From Gordius albopunctatus (lineage: Eukaryota): DNA of 64,000 bases. The translations under genes were made by a program, and so were the position numbers. Each line of letters opens with the position of its first letter. The stretch's first letter is position 1. This document shows positions 32,301-44,893 of the stretch, one piece after another. The stretch covers positions 17,732,001 through 17,796,000 of the forward strand of contig OZ193909.1 in NCBI GenBank assembly GCA_964276515.1, given 5' to 3'. The notes beneath the pieces were generated by a model. That model was not told the origin of the DNA, did no database searches, and saw only the letters and a list, made by a program, of their open reading frames with translations.

Positions 32301-35300
32301 TAGCCTTACATTTTTATAAGGTGTTGTAATTCATATGCAAAATTTGCTCGTGTTTTTCATTATTTAAAATTATCTATTTTTTAATATGCCTTATTAGGGT
32401 TAAAAGGATCTCTTTTTTAAATGCAGTTACGATCCGATTTAGATTATTAGGTTTGATTGAAATAACCTTAAAAATGATTTTTATAGTTGTATATTTCATT
32501 TGTAGAAGTACATCTATCTATAATAGTGTCACCCTACCTCATCCCTCATGCTATAATTTTAAAACCCATTTTCCTCCGCGAATGGGTTCATGTAGTTTCT
32601 CCCATTTTCTTTATCAATTCGGCGAGACCTTGACAATACACGGATATGCTATAAATTTTATATTTTGAGTTTAAACATTAGAGGGAGGCGATAATGATTT
32701 AGGGAGGGGCAAAACGATCATTTTTAAAATTTTTAGATTTAGAGGGAGCAGCCCCCCCCCCAGCTACGCCGCGAGCAATATATGCTTTGACTTTTATTTT
32801 TATACATTGCAACGAGTAAATTGTAATTTACGATACATGTTTCGAAACTATCAATCTCTAGACATCTTCCAACGCGCGTTCGAAGGAACATGGCAGACCG
32901 TTAATCCCGATGATTTTGAAGGATGACGAGGCAGACAACGGGGGGAAGCAAGGTGAAAATTGTTCATCTTTGGTCGATAGCACTTTTTCCGTTACCACGC
33001 TAGTGAATGAAAAAGCATTTCTCTCCTCCGACGACGTCGATGAACAATCACACGATACAAGTAGTACCCATTGCATTCATTTCTTTTATTTCACTTCTTT
33101 TGATCACGAGAAGAAACCTTGTCCTCTCTCAAAATTTAAGTTAGATAAAATGTTACTTGAAGGTTTTTAGAGGATATAAAATTAATCTTTTTTCAATTTT
33201 CCAAGTTCACTTCATTTATTTTAACATGTTTTTTAGTGTGGGTTGAATTTCTATTTTTGTGGTTAAAAAGTTAGAATTATATATATATATAAGCAATTTT
33301 TTACCTTAAAATTTTCAAGTAGTCTTCTATCATACAAAAAATGGAAATACAACGATCTATATTATTATCATCCATAATAGGGCAATAGTCGGCAAAGGAT
33401 TATAAAATTTTAAAATTCACTCTATATAATTTTCAGTTTTTGTGTATATCACGGTTTACCAAAAATGCGACATCGAAAAGAGAGTCTCAGTCGTCGGATT
33501 TTGAATTTTAATAAAATCCTAAAACTTAAAAAATATATTAAATTTAAAAATTTGTTTTAAAGTCGCAGACTTACATAAATCAATATTGTTCACACTTTTT
33601 ACGGGAAATTATAAAGTTTCCGAAACGCAAAGTCAAATTAGTCAAACGGATAGACCTACTACCACTTACAAAACGATGAAAAAGCACTTCTCGTCGGAAG
33701 ATTTGAGACCACACCTTTTCGATCCCCACGCCCTCTTATTTAGCCCTTCGCCAAAGTGAGAATTTATATTAATATTTTAAATAATATGACGTAATTTAAC
33801 GAGGGAAATATAAAATTTATTTAAGAACCTTGATAATTGTGATAAGCTTTAAATGTGCAATTTTCACACTTTCTTAAATATTGCTTTTTTGTGTAGGGTT
33901 CCTCTTAATATTGGGACAATGGCGTTGGATGACAATTCAACCAAAAGCGACGAAGATTATTCCACTCCGCCACAAGATTTTCAAGAAAATTTTCAGGTAT
34001 TTTCATATGTGAAACCCTTAGTTTGATAAATACTGCATTCCTAAATTTGGTATTTATTAAGTATAAATTTTAAAAAGTTTGCGAACTATACACCATTAGT
34101 ACTAACTTTTTTTTATAGAGCACTATATATGCCTGGGTCATTAATCTCTGGTTTTTATTAAATACGATGTAAAAAAGCTAAATTTTAAATGATATTATGG
34201 AGTTTTGTTTTCAATCCAACTTCTCTATCATTATTTTACTTCTATTTTGCGCGCAACACTTCCAGTCGCTCAAAATATTTTATTTATTTAACTTGGCCGG
34301 CAAATTTTAAAAATATTTTGTATTGCTTATTCATCCAACTTATAATAATCTTTCATGGACCATTCTCGGTCTTTTAAATTTTTGACAGATCTTTAATGAT
34401 CTTTTATATTTTTAATTCTAGATAGTACACAAAAAGCAGTATAGAAAAGAAAATGCCGTTCAACCGCCTCAAGACTTTGCTAGGAATAGAGGAGGGCCGC
34501 CCAGAAACGCCGGACGACCAAATGGTGGCTCCTCGACTTGGTCTCACAATCAATTCGCACCCAGGCTTACGAGCGGCATCAATTCTCATGGCTCTAAAGA
34601 TGGTGGCCGGGCTGGATATCTCAACGTTGCACCTCACAATAAATCAAGCCCCGTCGCTCCCAAGGATTCTATAATACCCAAGGAAAAGTCCCTCGAATCC
34701 GGTAAAAGTGAGGGTCTGGATAAACCAGCGGATAGCGCTATTGCTACTAATGAGCAAATTTCCGAAGAGAGACCACATCCTCCCAAGCCCGGCAACTTTA
34801 AGACCGAACATTTTGCTCCTCGCGGCGATAGGAACAATCGAAACAACCCCAGAAATTTCAAGGGCAGACCTCCCTACAATTACAACGTTGCTAATAGGGC
34901 GGCTCAGTCTTCCCAAGTAGAAGCTACTAATAAAGAATCGAACGCCGTGGTGGAAAGCTTTAATACCGAACTCGATTTCCCTCCCCTCGTGGTATGCCCC
35001 AAGGCCTCTAAAAATGGCGGCGAAACTATGGCTCAGTCCGAATCTAGCGCCCATACCTTTCAATCGACTGAATCGTCGGAACCTGCGCCAGATCGAGTTA
35101 GATTTGTGTGTTTTTCCATGTCCTAAATTAAGATTGATTTCACGTTTTTTAGGTAGTGTTGCAAAGACGGCTCTTTGGTTCAACCAAGATTAACGGTCCA
35201 CTTTGGTCTGTTTTTCAAACTTCGACTAAGAAAAACAGAGACCAAAAACTATTGAGTTTTTAATGCATAGTGTCGACTGAAACCGAACCCAGGCGTGTTT

Positions 35301-38293
35301 AAAACGCTTGTTTTAGGGAAATATCGTGTTTGATGTTGATCCTACGATTGTTTAAACGTTGATGTTTGTTTTAGGAGGCGGAAAACCATCCCGAGGCCGC
35401 TTCGGATGGCTCTGACGGCAAGATCGAGTCTCGGGCGATCGAAGAGGGTAAGCGCGTTCTTGATAATTTGGAGAATAAATTTATTAAAACCATGATGATT
35501 ATTTTGATTTTTTGAACCTTGATTTTATGTTGTTTGTTTCTTAATATAAGATTCAACTTCAAGCGCCAAATTTTTGTTTGTCTAAATATGCGGCGATATA
35601 CACGTGTCGTGCAATTAACAATTTTAGTTTAGTTACCATATGAATGATATGCATTAATAAGCGTAATTAAAGGATAAATATCATTTGTTTTACGAGCAAA
35701 AAAACGAAAATAGGAAAAAATTGACGTGACGCTCGTATTAAGGCTTGACTATGTTCTAACATGCATTCATTTTTTTGCATCTATGCAAAATCGCATTTTA
35801 AGACGCACCCTTAGTCGACGTCGACTAAACTTATAGAGCCCAAAAAACCTTTGGTTTTGCTTATGTTTACTCGACTAAAACCAAAGGTTGCCTAAACCAC
35901 AAAACCTACCCGTTTCTTAATATACACGCTATGATCGATTGCACTTTTTTGTAAATATTTATTTCGACTCCGTTTATCTATCCTTCGCCTGCCTTCCTTA
36001 CAGATGTGAAAAGCTCTTACGCCTCCATGTTATCTAAATCCAAACAACATCGTCAGCAATTACCGGCCCTCGCGGTAAACCCAGCAACACCCCTTTGCAA
36101 AGCCAATGAGTCCCCCACTAGTCAACCCACGCCATTGAGCAACTCCGACGCGCTGAAATTCCAGGATTCATCCATATTGGAAGTTTCTAACGGAGCTTGT
36201 CAAAGTGGCCCCGCTTCTACTACCGCTGCAGGTATTTACTGTTATCTTTCTTTCATAACACGAAATTATTTCCCTATTATTGCTAGAAATGTTTAGCATT
36301 ATTTAAGTTAGCTTTAAATGAGTGTACCATTTTGGCGTCATTTTGCAATGTGCATAAATAAAGGAAGGACATATAGATCATAGTAATTTTGGCTAATTAT
36401 TATTAAATTAATTAAACATTTATATATTATTTTCAAAATTTATAAAAATAAAAAATTAAAATGCTGGATGATGTTATGTTAAAGCGATTGAGTGCCATTT
36501 GAATTTTATTAAATAATCATTTATCAACATTTTTATTTATTTATTAACTAATGAGGAAGGTAAATACATTTTTTCTAATTTAACAATGGGGTACACTGTA
36601 GAAAGAACATGACAGGTAGTTAAATCAAAAATAGGATTGAATGGTACACATTTTACCATATGAAACTTATGACATGAACAGTCTATGTTGTCATGTATGA
36701 TTACTTTGCTTCTCCACGTTCTCAATATATACAACTGCTGCTGCTACCCAGTTTTCTATTTTTGTCGTATCGTTATTATACCCTTTAGTTTCTTCGACGT
36801 CGGAATGCCCTCCGACCCCCTCTTCGCCCCGCGTTATTTTCGTTAACGCCGGCGACAATTCTAGATGCCTCACTTTCGGGAGAAGTAATAAATTCCGCCA
36901 TTTAGCCCCAAATTCAACGGATGCAGCGGGAGAAAATGGCTACGGAGAGGAAGGGGATGAGGGCGAGGTGAAATTGAATTTTACCTTCGGTTTCGACATC
37001 GACTCACCCCAAGTTCGTGATATAATAAACGCCAAAGACGACCAGAATGACCAGGTTGCCTCCTCTCATCAGCGGCAAGAACCCCAAAGGGCTGACCAAC
37101 CTGCACAGCCACCGGCGCGCCTTTTGGAATGGCTCGAGGCCGAAAGCAGCAAATTGTCTTATTTGGCTCCCTACTTTGCCGACAGTAAGACTCTTTTTTG
37201 ATACAGACAAGACAGTTATTTTAGCAACTCTTCCCATCATCAGTTTTGAAGTCACCTTAGTGATATTTGTGGAACGGCTTTAATAACTGGTGGGAAAAGC
37301 ATTCTCCTACTTTTCATATACAAAAAATATTATGGAAAATCAATAAAATACTGTGTGAAAAGTTGTTTTTAATAACATAGGTCTACAAAAAACATTCGGC
37401 CAATAATTATGATAGAGAAGCTCGCTGAAAAATGATGTGTTTTTAATTTTTTCTACAATTACCAGTTTTTTAGATATGCGAAGATGAAAGTGCCAAAAAT
37501 GGCCTTTTAAGCCTTTTTGAGGCTATATTGCCACGGCATTTTTAATATTTAGTGAAAATAGTAATATAATCATGTAGATCAAAGTTTCATCTTTCTGTCC
37601 ATTCTTTTATTTTTTTATATCACCCTTATACTCAAATTTATATGCGTTTGCGTAAACCTCTTCCCCTTATCAAAATTCGTCCCACTATGTCTGGAAAAAG
37701 GAGTACATTAGAGTTGATACTGCGTACGCGATGTTTACTTTCACCCACTCCTCTCGTTCTCCTCCACTCCCGCCCACGAATTTTGATAAGGGGAAGAGGT
37801 TTACAAAGACGCGAAGAAATTAAAGGACCTATAGATGAAACTCTAATCTACATTAATATATTAATATTTTTCACTAAATATTAAAAATACCATGGCAATT
37901 TAGCCTCAAAAGGGCTTAAACCCTCAACCTCGTATATCTAAAAAATTAGTAATTGTAGGAAAAAAAATAAAAAAAACATATTATTTTTCAGCGAAAAATT
38001 CTCTGTCAGAATTATTGGTCGGATTGCGGGATGTAATCACAAGATCAATATTTCTAGAGCTGTGTAATTTGCTTACTTGAGAAATAAGGTAGCAGGCGAT
38101 ATTGTAACGTATTAAAAGAAATATGGGATTTGTAAGTATTGTTACTAAGTTATAGCGCATCTTTTAGTTTTAGATGGAGCGCGATATAAGGGCATTTCAT
38201 CAAAACAATCTTTCCTTTAATGAATATGTATTATAAATTACTTATTTTTTAGTTTGGGCTCAAATGCAAAAAAACGATCCTTTTCCATCCTAA
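29320..38293 (+). CDS. Large multi-exon, mostly low-complexity/disordered uncharacterised protein
   Basis: Phase-compatible exons approx. 29320-30092, 30188-30275, 30863-31162, 31348-31465, 31565-31625, 31693-31780, 31936-32055, 32862-33060, ~33562-33756, 33897-33996, 34422-35095, 35375-35447, 36004-36231, 36789-37184, 38253-38293 (ends ...YLAPYFADIWAQMQKNDPFPS*). Short motifs: KDINFLVAFIEG, FQIVHKK, ELDFPPL, SYASML, PRVIF, FTFGFD. Confidence 0.75.
37394..38023. mobile_element. Foldback/MITE-like element with ~160-bp imperfect inverted arms in the last intron
   Basis: 37394-37560 (…gaggctatattgccacggcatttttaatatttagtgaaaata) is the imperfect reverse complement of 37865-38023 (tatttttcactaaatattaaaaataccatggcaatttagcctc…). 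Confidence 0.75.
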
Positions 38294-39359
38294 ACCTGAA
38301 GCGCTACCGCTGGCAAGCATGCTTCTCAGAGGCAGCAACTTTACGTATTCATTTAACTCATCGCCCACCTGTAATTTCGTAAAACAACATACGGGGTACT
38401 ACGACTGATGTCTTTTATTTTGAGCGCCCACCCCCTCTCGCCATAACTGTGTTATCGCAAAATACGAAAAATTAATTTGCTTGTTCGATTGTAAGTGCCA
38501 TCATTTTATGTACATAACGCGCTCACTTACATAATATCACATCAATAATATTCACTTATAAGCGCACGTATGTATGTACAGCCTTTTTTCCCCGCCCGAG
38601 ATTGATGTACTTTGCGCGCATTCTCAATTTTTATGAATTTGAACACCTTTCGCGCTTATGTCATTGCGCTTTTGCCTCTTACAATATATGTACACCTTGC
38701 CTCAACTTACTAAACCCACACACTTACACGGTAATTGTATTTCTTTTTTCTCGTTCATAATTTTACAATATTTCGCATACTATTTTCCGCTAATCCCCCC
38801 TCTTCCCTAACTTTCCCCTCGAATTTTTTGTTACAAAATTACTTTGTTTCATAATATTTTCACTTATCGTTAAAGTTTGCTTCATTTGCCCCTTCCGTGG
38901 CCCAAAAGCGCCATTATCTTCACATTAATGTAGAAAATAGCGTATATGATAATACTAAAAGTTGTTGTTTCCGAGCATTAAATCAATAAAAGCTTAAAAA
39001 TGTTGAGTATTATGGGTTGTTAATGTTTCAAACGCCGGGGTTTTGCTTGGTCGACTTTTGATTTTAGTAGACTATACATAAACAGACAAGATTTTTTTGT
39101 CGCATAAACAGCCAAAGAATGGTTTGTTGGTCTAACCTTGCATTTATTATAAAATCAAGACGAGTTAATCAGATTTGTAACCGTTTAAATGAGTCAACCA
39201 TTCGTTGGTTTAACTGGTCAATATGAAAAAAAAACATTAGATCATAAAAATAAGGTTATTATGTCTAGGGATCAGAAATATTCAATGTCTTAACATAAAA
39301 TACAATAGTGTATTTGTACACAGTCTTACGCATTTTTAGCCTTTATTTTACGATATAGG

Positions 39360-40900
39360 GCATTTCTGGAGGCTGGGCTGCAACCGTGTGGCTGAAGAAA
39401 ATGGTCATTGGAAAAGGAAATACTAACGCCTCTTGTAATTCCAACAGCTTCTTGGTAAAGAACTTTTTGTTGAACGAAGGAGGAGGGTTGCGTTCTAGGA
39501 ATAAGTTGTATAGCGTAACCATGTTAATGTGATCGGTGAGGGTGGGTCCCCAGACACATTTGTACTACTAGGGGTTGTGGTTTTAGGTTGAATGCTGTAT
39601 AATAGGACATAATTTGGACTGTTGCTGAGATCTTTCCAAAGAACTTATCGTTAATGTTTAGTGATTGTGGAGGTAAACGTCAATTAGCAGATTTAATAAT
39701 GCTGTCAGGGTCGTGATGGACTTTGCACTGTTGATGGACACAGGTTCAATTTTCCGCATAGCTGCGCGAAGTTTTTTGCGTCATTTCTAACATCGTCCTT
39801 GGAAGTCCCATAAATAGGATGTCGGTAGAAATTTTATATGCATCTCTTGATCGATTTAGCACAGAGATGTAACATAACCTGTTGCAGGACATACGGGGAG
39901 AGCCGTGCTCCTATAGGAAGAACCTTGTAACAGTATTTGTGACTGGCTAGCTTGAATCGAAATAGTTGAGAGATGGGTGGATCTAGGGGTAGAAGAAGGC
40001 ACTTTTCATATCAATCTTCGTGGCGAAGTGCGATTCCATAAGAGGTGACGTGATAAAGGGTATGGATCGTAGGGTAAAAAGGTTCTGAACAAAGTTTTTG
40101 CTGACGATACTGAGGTCAGTGATTAGCCTAGGGCTGTCGTCATACTTTGGAATGAAGTACATTGGAGACGGGGTGGTTCTCGGATTTTCTCTCACATGTT
40201 GAAGTTGATGACTTCCAACGCGGAATGCCTATGTTGATTGGGTATTTGGGCTAGTCTCGCTGGGGCCCAGTCCATTGTTGTTAATAATGGCTAGACGATA
40301 AATTCTGTGTTTGAAACCTCGCTTTGCAATATTGTAAGTGAAAGTTTATTGTGTATGATGGGGTCGAAGAAGAGTGGTGGTGATGTTATGTGTAGAAATG
40401 AAGATAGCGCGTTGATGGTTATACAGGGTGAAATGCGGTAAAGTGGGGATATTGAGCGGCTCACTTATGATAGGTTGACCCCCGACATCGGGATCAACCT
40501 CCGCCCATTGAGAGCAGAAAATTTCCGGCACATTAGATCGTAATGTTGCTTAACCAACCAGAAATCCTTCCATCCTCCACTGACTTCGGCAGGTTATCAC
40601 CGCTGCCGAGATTCGCCGCCACCTTCCGGAGTCTCTACGTCCTAGCCTCAGGCACCCCTTTTTGCGAGGAGGAGGCGAACGATGATGTCCATATCAAAGC
40701 TAACGCCATGGAAGTTTTAGATGTCACAACTTTATAATAACCACAAACTTGAACTCCTAGCAATTCCACTAGCCTTCCTGGGAGTCTTATCAGAATTCTT
40801 TAAACACCATCCGAAAAGTATACACGGACCAGCGTTCTATATTTTTAAAATGTGTTGTCCATGCACCACATTTAGACTAGAATAAGCCTTAACAAGATAA
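39360..40900 (-). mobile_element. Decayed DIRS-like retrotransposon (RT region recognisable at ~39800-40200)
   Basis: MYFIPKYDDSPRLITDLS..VS...F.LRSI......HFATKIDMKSAFFY followed out of frame by YCYKVLPIGARLSPY resembles DIRS RT (FxVPKxDGxxRxIxDL; IDLKDAY; LPFGLxxSP). Outer boundaries inferred from GC content only. Confidence 0.6.
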
Positions 40901-42166
40901 TTCTAGCTATAGTGGTGGACCGACTACAAATCAAGAATGGGTTCCGACTGATAACCCTCTGGATTTCCTCTCAAGAGAATGGTGCCCAAACCACTCCCAA
41001 TGGCTCCTAATAAAAAATTTATTGCAGATACCTGAATCAAAATATTGGGTATACCACAAGAACCACAACCGGTTAGTCGTAGGGCTCAGACCGTGGTTTA
41101 GTTAAAGAATCATGGTATAACTCAACTCCATTTTTCTTTACTCTTCACCTTGCTTCTCTCGCGCTTTTACTAAATCTCTGCTCCGCCTATACGCTATACC
41201 CCAAAATTTCGCTTCATATATAATGTACTTTTATTATGATAACATTGCTTTATATGTGTGTTATGTGAAAAATAAAATAAACTAAAGATGGAAGGATATC
41301 TCTTTGGGGACTCACCTCTCTCAATAATTAATGCATTTAACCTTCAAAATAAATTATTTCGAGATTCAATCTAGTTATATTTTCAAAGTGTTGCTGGATT
41401 TTACATAAAATTTAACATTTTAATTAATTCATGCATCTGTTTCAGGGAAGCAAATTACAGATCAGGGCTACAAACGTGATCTAAGTTTGCATTTGTAATG
41501 AATTGCAAAAATTCATTATATATTTGATATAACTTTTTCACCCTGTTAAAATTAGAAGAATTAAACATTAATCATAAATTATATTGGATGATAATTTTAC
41601 AATACATAGGCCTCTTTGACGTTTTTGGCACTTCTTACCCTATTTATATCTTATTTTTTATTTAATAACAAATGTTTAATCAATTTTTACTTTATAGACA
41701 ATCTCTAAATTAGAGATCATGTGCATATATAAGTGATGTAATTTTAAATTAACAAAAAAAACTTTGTAAAATACTTATCTCTCATGGCATCCATGACATA
41801 AATTGCCTGTTTTTACTAACAGAAGAAAAACAGAAATATGAAATAGATTTAAATTATAAATGCATTATATTATAAGTTTTTTCATTGAATATAAGCCTTA
41901 ATGATTGTTTTAAATCACAAACAAGCTTTGAATATATTTTTTGCATAAATCTAATTGATTTTAAGTCTTGATTTAGATGCTTCTTATCTTAAATTTTAGG
42001 ATTGATAATGCTTTACAAATAACTAGATGATAGGTATACAAATTTTAACATCTTTTTTTTTATAAATATAGGGATAATCACATGGATTTAATATACCTAC
42101 AAAAAAATATCGTTAAAACTAAGATCAGCAAAAGACATAGTCATAAAGACCCTTAAATATCTATTC

Positions 42167-42367
42167 TTAGTTAATTTCATTTGCTTTCTTCAAATTCAAA
42201 CTTTGAATAATTTGGCGGCAATTTTGTGCAGTGTCGGTGCCGTATATGGTGACAAAATTTTGTTTAGATCCACACATTTTACATATCCATTTGTTTGTTT
42301 TATTGGAAAGGTGAGCTTGATATGTTTTGCATGAAAAACAACAAACAATATTATAAATTTGAGGCAT
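42167..42367 (-). CDS. MRNIP: MRN complex-interacting protein (UPF0544/C5orf45 zinc-ribbon domain), 66 aa
   Basis: MPQIYNIVCCFSCKTYQAHLSNKTNKWICKMCGSKQNFVTIYGTDTAQNCRQIIQSLN matches the family pattern CxxCxxFQAH....KWxCKxCGxKQ....YG......CRxxVQxLN. Confidence 0.88.
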   Translation of the reverse strand: MPQIYNIVCCFSCKTYQAHLSNKTNKWICKMCGSKQNFVTIYGTDTAQNCRQIIQSLNLKKANEIN

Positions 42368-43492
42368 CTGGTGAAAAAATTAAATTTGTAAATTACGGGA
42401 GCAAAAAATGAACACATATAGGCCATGGCTACAATTACCATTTATTTAGTATGCGCAACCATTTTCAAAATGCGTTTCTTATATCGCGTTTGTTTACGTA
42501 GAAAAAATAACCATTTGTTAAACAACATAGATGACAACTGTCTTTTTAAGGGTGCAACTTTAGACACCTTAAGTGTCATATTAACTCTAAGTAGTTATTT
42601 TCCAATCTAAAATTTATATAATTTATCATGCGAATTTTTTAAAAGTTAAGATAAGAATTTTTTAAAAGTTAAGTTAATTAATAAATGGCCAATATTTAGT
42701 TACTTTTTATAAATTATCAAAAAGCATTAAAGAAATCAAACAATTTAATTAAAATTTCTTTTTCAATATTAATTTAGTTTTAAGTCATATTTTAAGGTAA
42801 TATAAATATGAAAAAAAATTGACAAAGTTTGTTGGAAACTTATATTCAATGTGTTAAATACACTTAATCAATAAAAAGCTGTAATAAACATTTTAGTATA
42901 AGATGCATTGAGTCATTATTTATTTTATTATCCATAAATTATACTACAAATCATAAGTTTATTATATAATACTAAAAGTGTATAAGATAAACACATCATT
43001 TTAGTAAATTGTGTATTTTTGATAGAGGTGAGAGAGGCCTTTGTAATTCAGTAGATTTGCTTTTCTGCTTTAAGGTAATAAAAGATTGTATATTATAATT
43101 AACATATTTTAATCTACTGGCATCTTGACTTTACCTAAAAGGTAGATTTTAATAATTTGAATGTAATTACTTTTTAAAAAAGGCCTGTTGAAAATTAATA
43201 ACATTATAATTATTAGTTTCTACATTAAAATGTTGAGGATTACCTACATCTTAATTAAAAAATTAAAATAATAAAACTTATGTTACTGACTGAACCTTAA
43301 GTTCTGCAAATCTTTACACATAATTTTCTCACTTTGTATTAATAGGGATTGAAATTTCATAATATTTGGATTAACACTCAAACCACTTAAAGTTTGAGTG
43401 CTATCCTTACTATAGAATTGTATTTTGGATTTGTATATGTTTTACATATTGATGTTGCTTTTTATAATTTATACCCATAATTATTAGCAATT

Positions 43493-43942
43493 CGTACAAA
43501 ACCATCGTGCGACCGGTCTTGCTTTACGGGAGCGAAACATGGGCTGTAACCACCGTGGAGGAGAAACTCTTGCAAGTCACGGAAATGAGAATGGTGCGAT
43601 GGTGCTTAGGCTACACCAAGCTGGATCGCATGACGAACGAATCCTTGATGACAAAGATGGGTATACAAGCGACGAAGGATTTCTTAAGAGAAAATCGACT
43701 GCGGTGGTACGGCCATGTATTACGAAGAGACGAAGACGATGTCACACGGCGAACGCTCGAGATGGAAGTGCCTGGAAGAAGAGGAAGGGCAGACCACGTG
43801 CCACCTGGAAACGACTGGTCGAAAAGGATATGGACGTCAAACAGATGGAAATTGGCATGGCATTTACGCGACTCAGATGGAAGAGGCTGCTGAAAACGTA
43901 CCCCACGTCTGTGGGATTTTCAATACGATAAAGAAGAAGAAG
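43493..43942 (+). mobile_element. Young 5'-truncated RTE LINE insertion
   Basis: VRPVLLYGSETW...EMRMVRW...RLRWYGHVLRR; (AAG)n tail; 14-bp TSD aattattagcaatt at 43479-43492 and 43943-43956. Confidence 0.93.
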
Positions 43943-44633
43943 AATTATTAGCAATTTAACAAAAATTATTACATTTAGATAGTGGGAGCATATAAATATT
44001 GACGCAGCATTAAGATAATTGAGTGCAAATGATGTTTTAATATATAATCTTTAAAAATTGGCTAAATCTTTATAGAAAATCAATATTTGTCAATTATCAA
44101 TCAATTAATAACGGATTTCTAGCCATAAAGCACTTTGTTAATATATTGCGAGGGAAAGCGTGACACTCGCTCCACTTTAACAATTAAATATAAAGTTTCC
44201 TAAGTGCTCTTCGTAATCAAAAACAAAGTCATCCTAGATATTACTTAAGTTATAATTAGCTTTCGCTTTACGAAATATTTTTCTTCTAATTACCATCCTT
44301 CTTTCGACATCAATAATATTAATATATAATAATTAATTGCTTTACGTAAAAGTTAAGTATGGTTTGCGAGACAATAAAGTTATTTAAATTCAAAATCGTA
44401 ATTCTAATTTATCATGTAAATGTTCCAAATAATATAGCGATTATAATAAAGTTTTTTGCTGGCTCGATTCAAAATTAGTTGATACTTCAGATTCTAGTAT
44501 TATTTTACAATTTTAATTGTATGTGCTATTAAAGCAATGAATTTTACGTTTTAAACTTATTTAAACTTAAATTTAAAGTAAAAACCATGAATGCTCGTTT
44601 GAATTTATCGAAAATTGAGCATATCTTTTTTTA

Positions 44634-44893
44634 GTTGCCCTATCAATTCGCCGAAAACCATCTTGCCAAATTTAGCCTGGGACATAAACGAACAGCTGCC
44701 CATTATCATAAAAAAGGCCCTAAATTGATTAATGATTCCCAATTTTATTTTAAAAAATACCTAAATTTTAAATTTAATCCGAAATTAAATTGTTAATTTT
44801 TTAAAGGAACATTTTATAATTGGGTTACATTTTTAACCTTGGGGGGGGGCATTCGATTCGGCAAGATGGTTTTCGTCAAGTTGACGGGCTACC
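44634..44893. mobile_element. MITE-like element with ~35-bp imperfect TIRs
   Basis: gccctatcaattcgccgaaaaccatcttgcc versus ggcaagatggttttcgtcaagttgacgggc. Confidence 0.65.

Noticed and set aside
34404..35183. Several overlapping ORFs in the track (up to 179 aa, minus)
   Set aside because: They are antisense or off-frame shadows of the true plus-strand exon 34422-35095.
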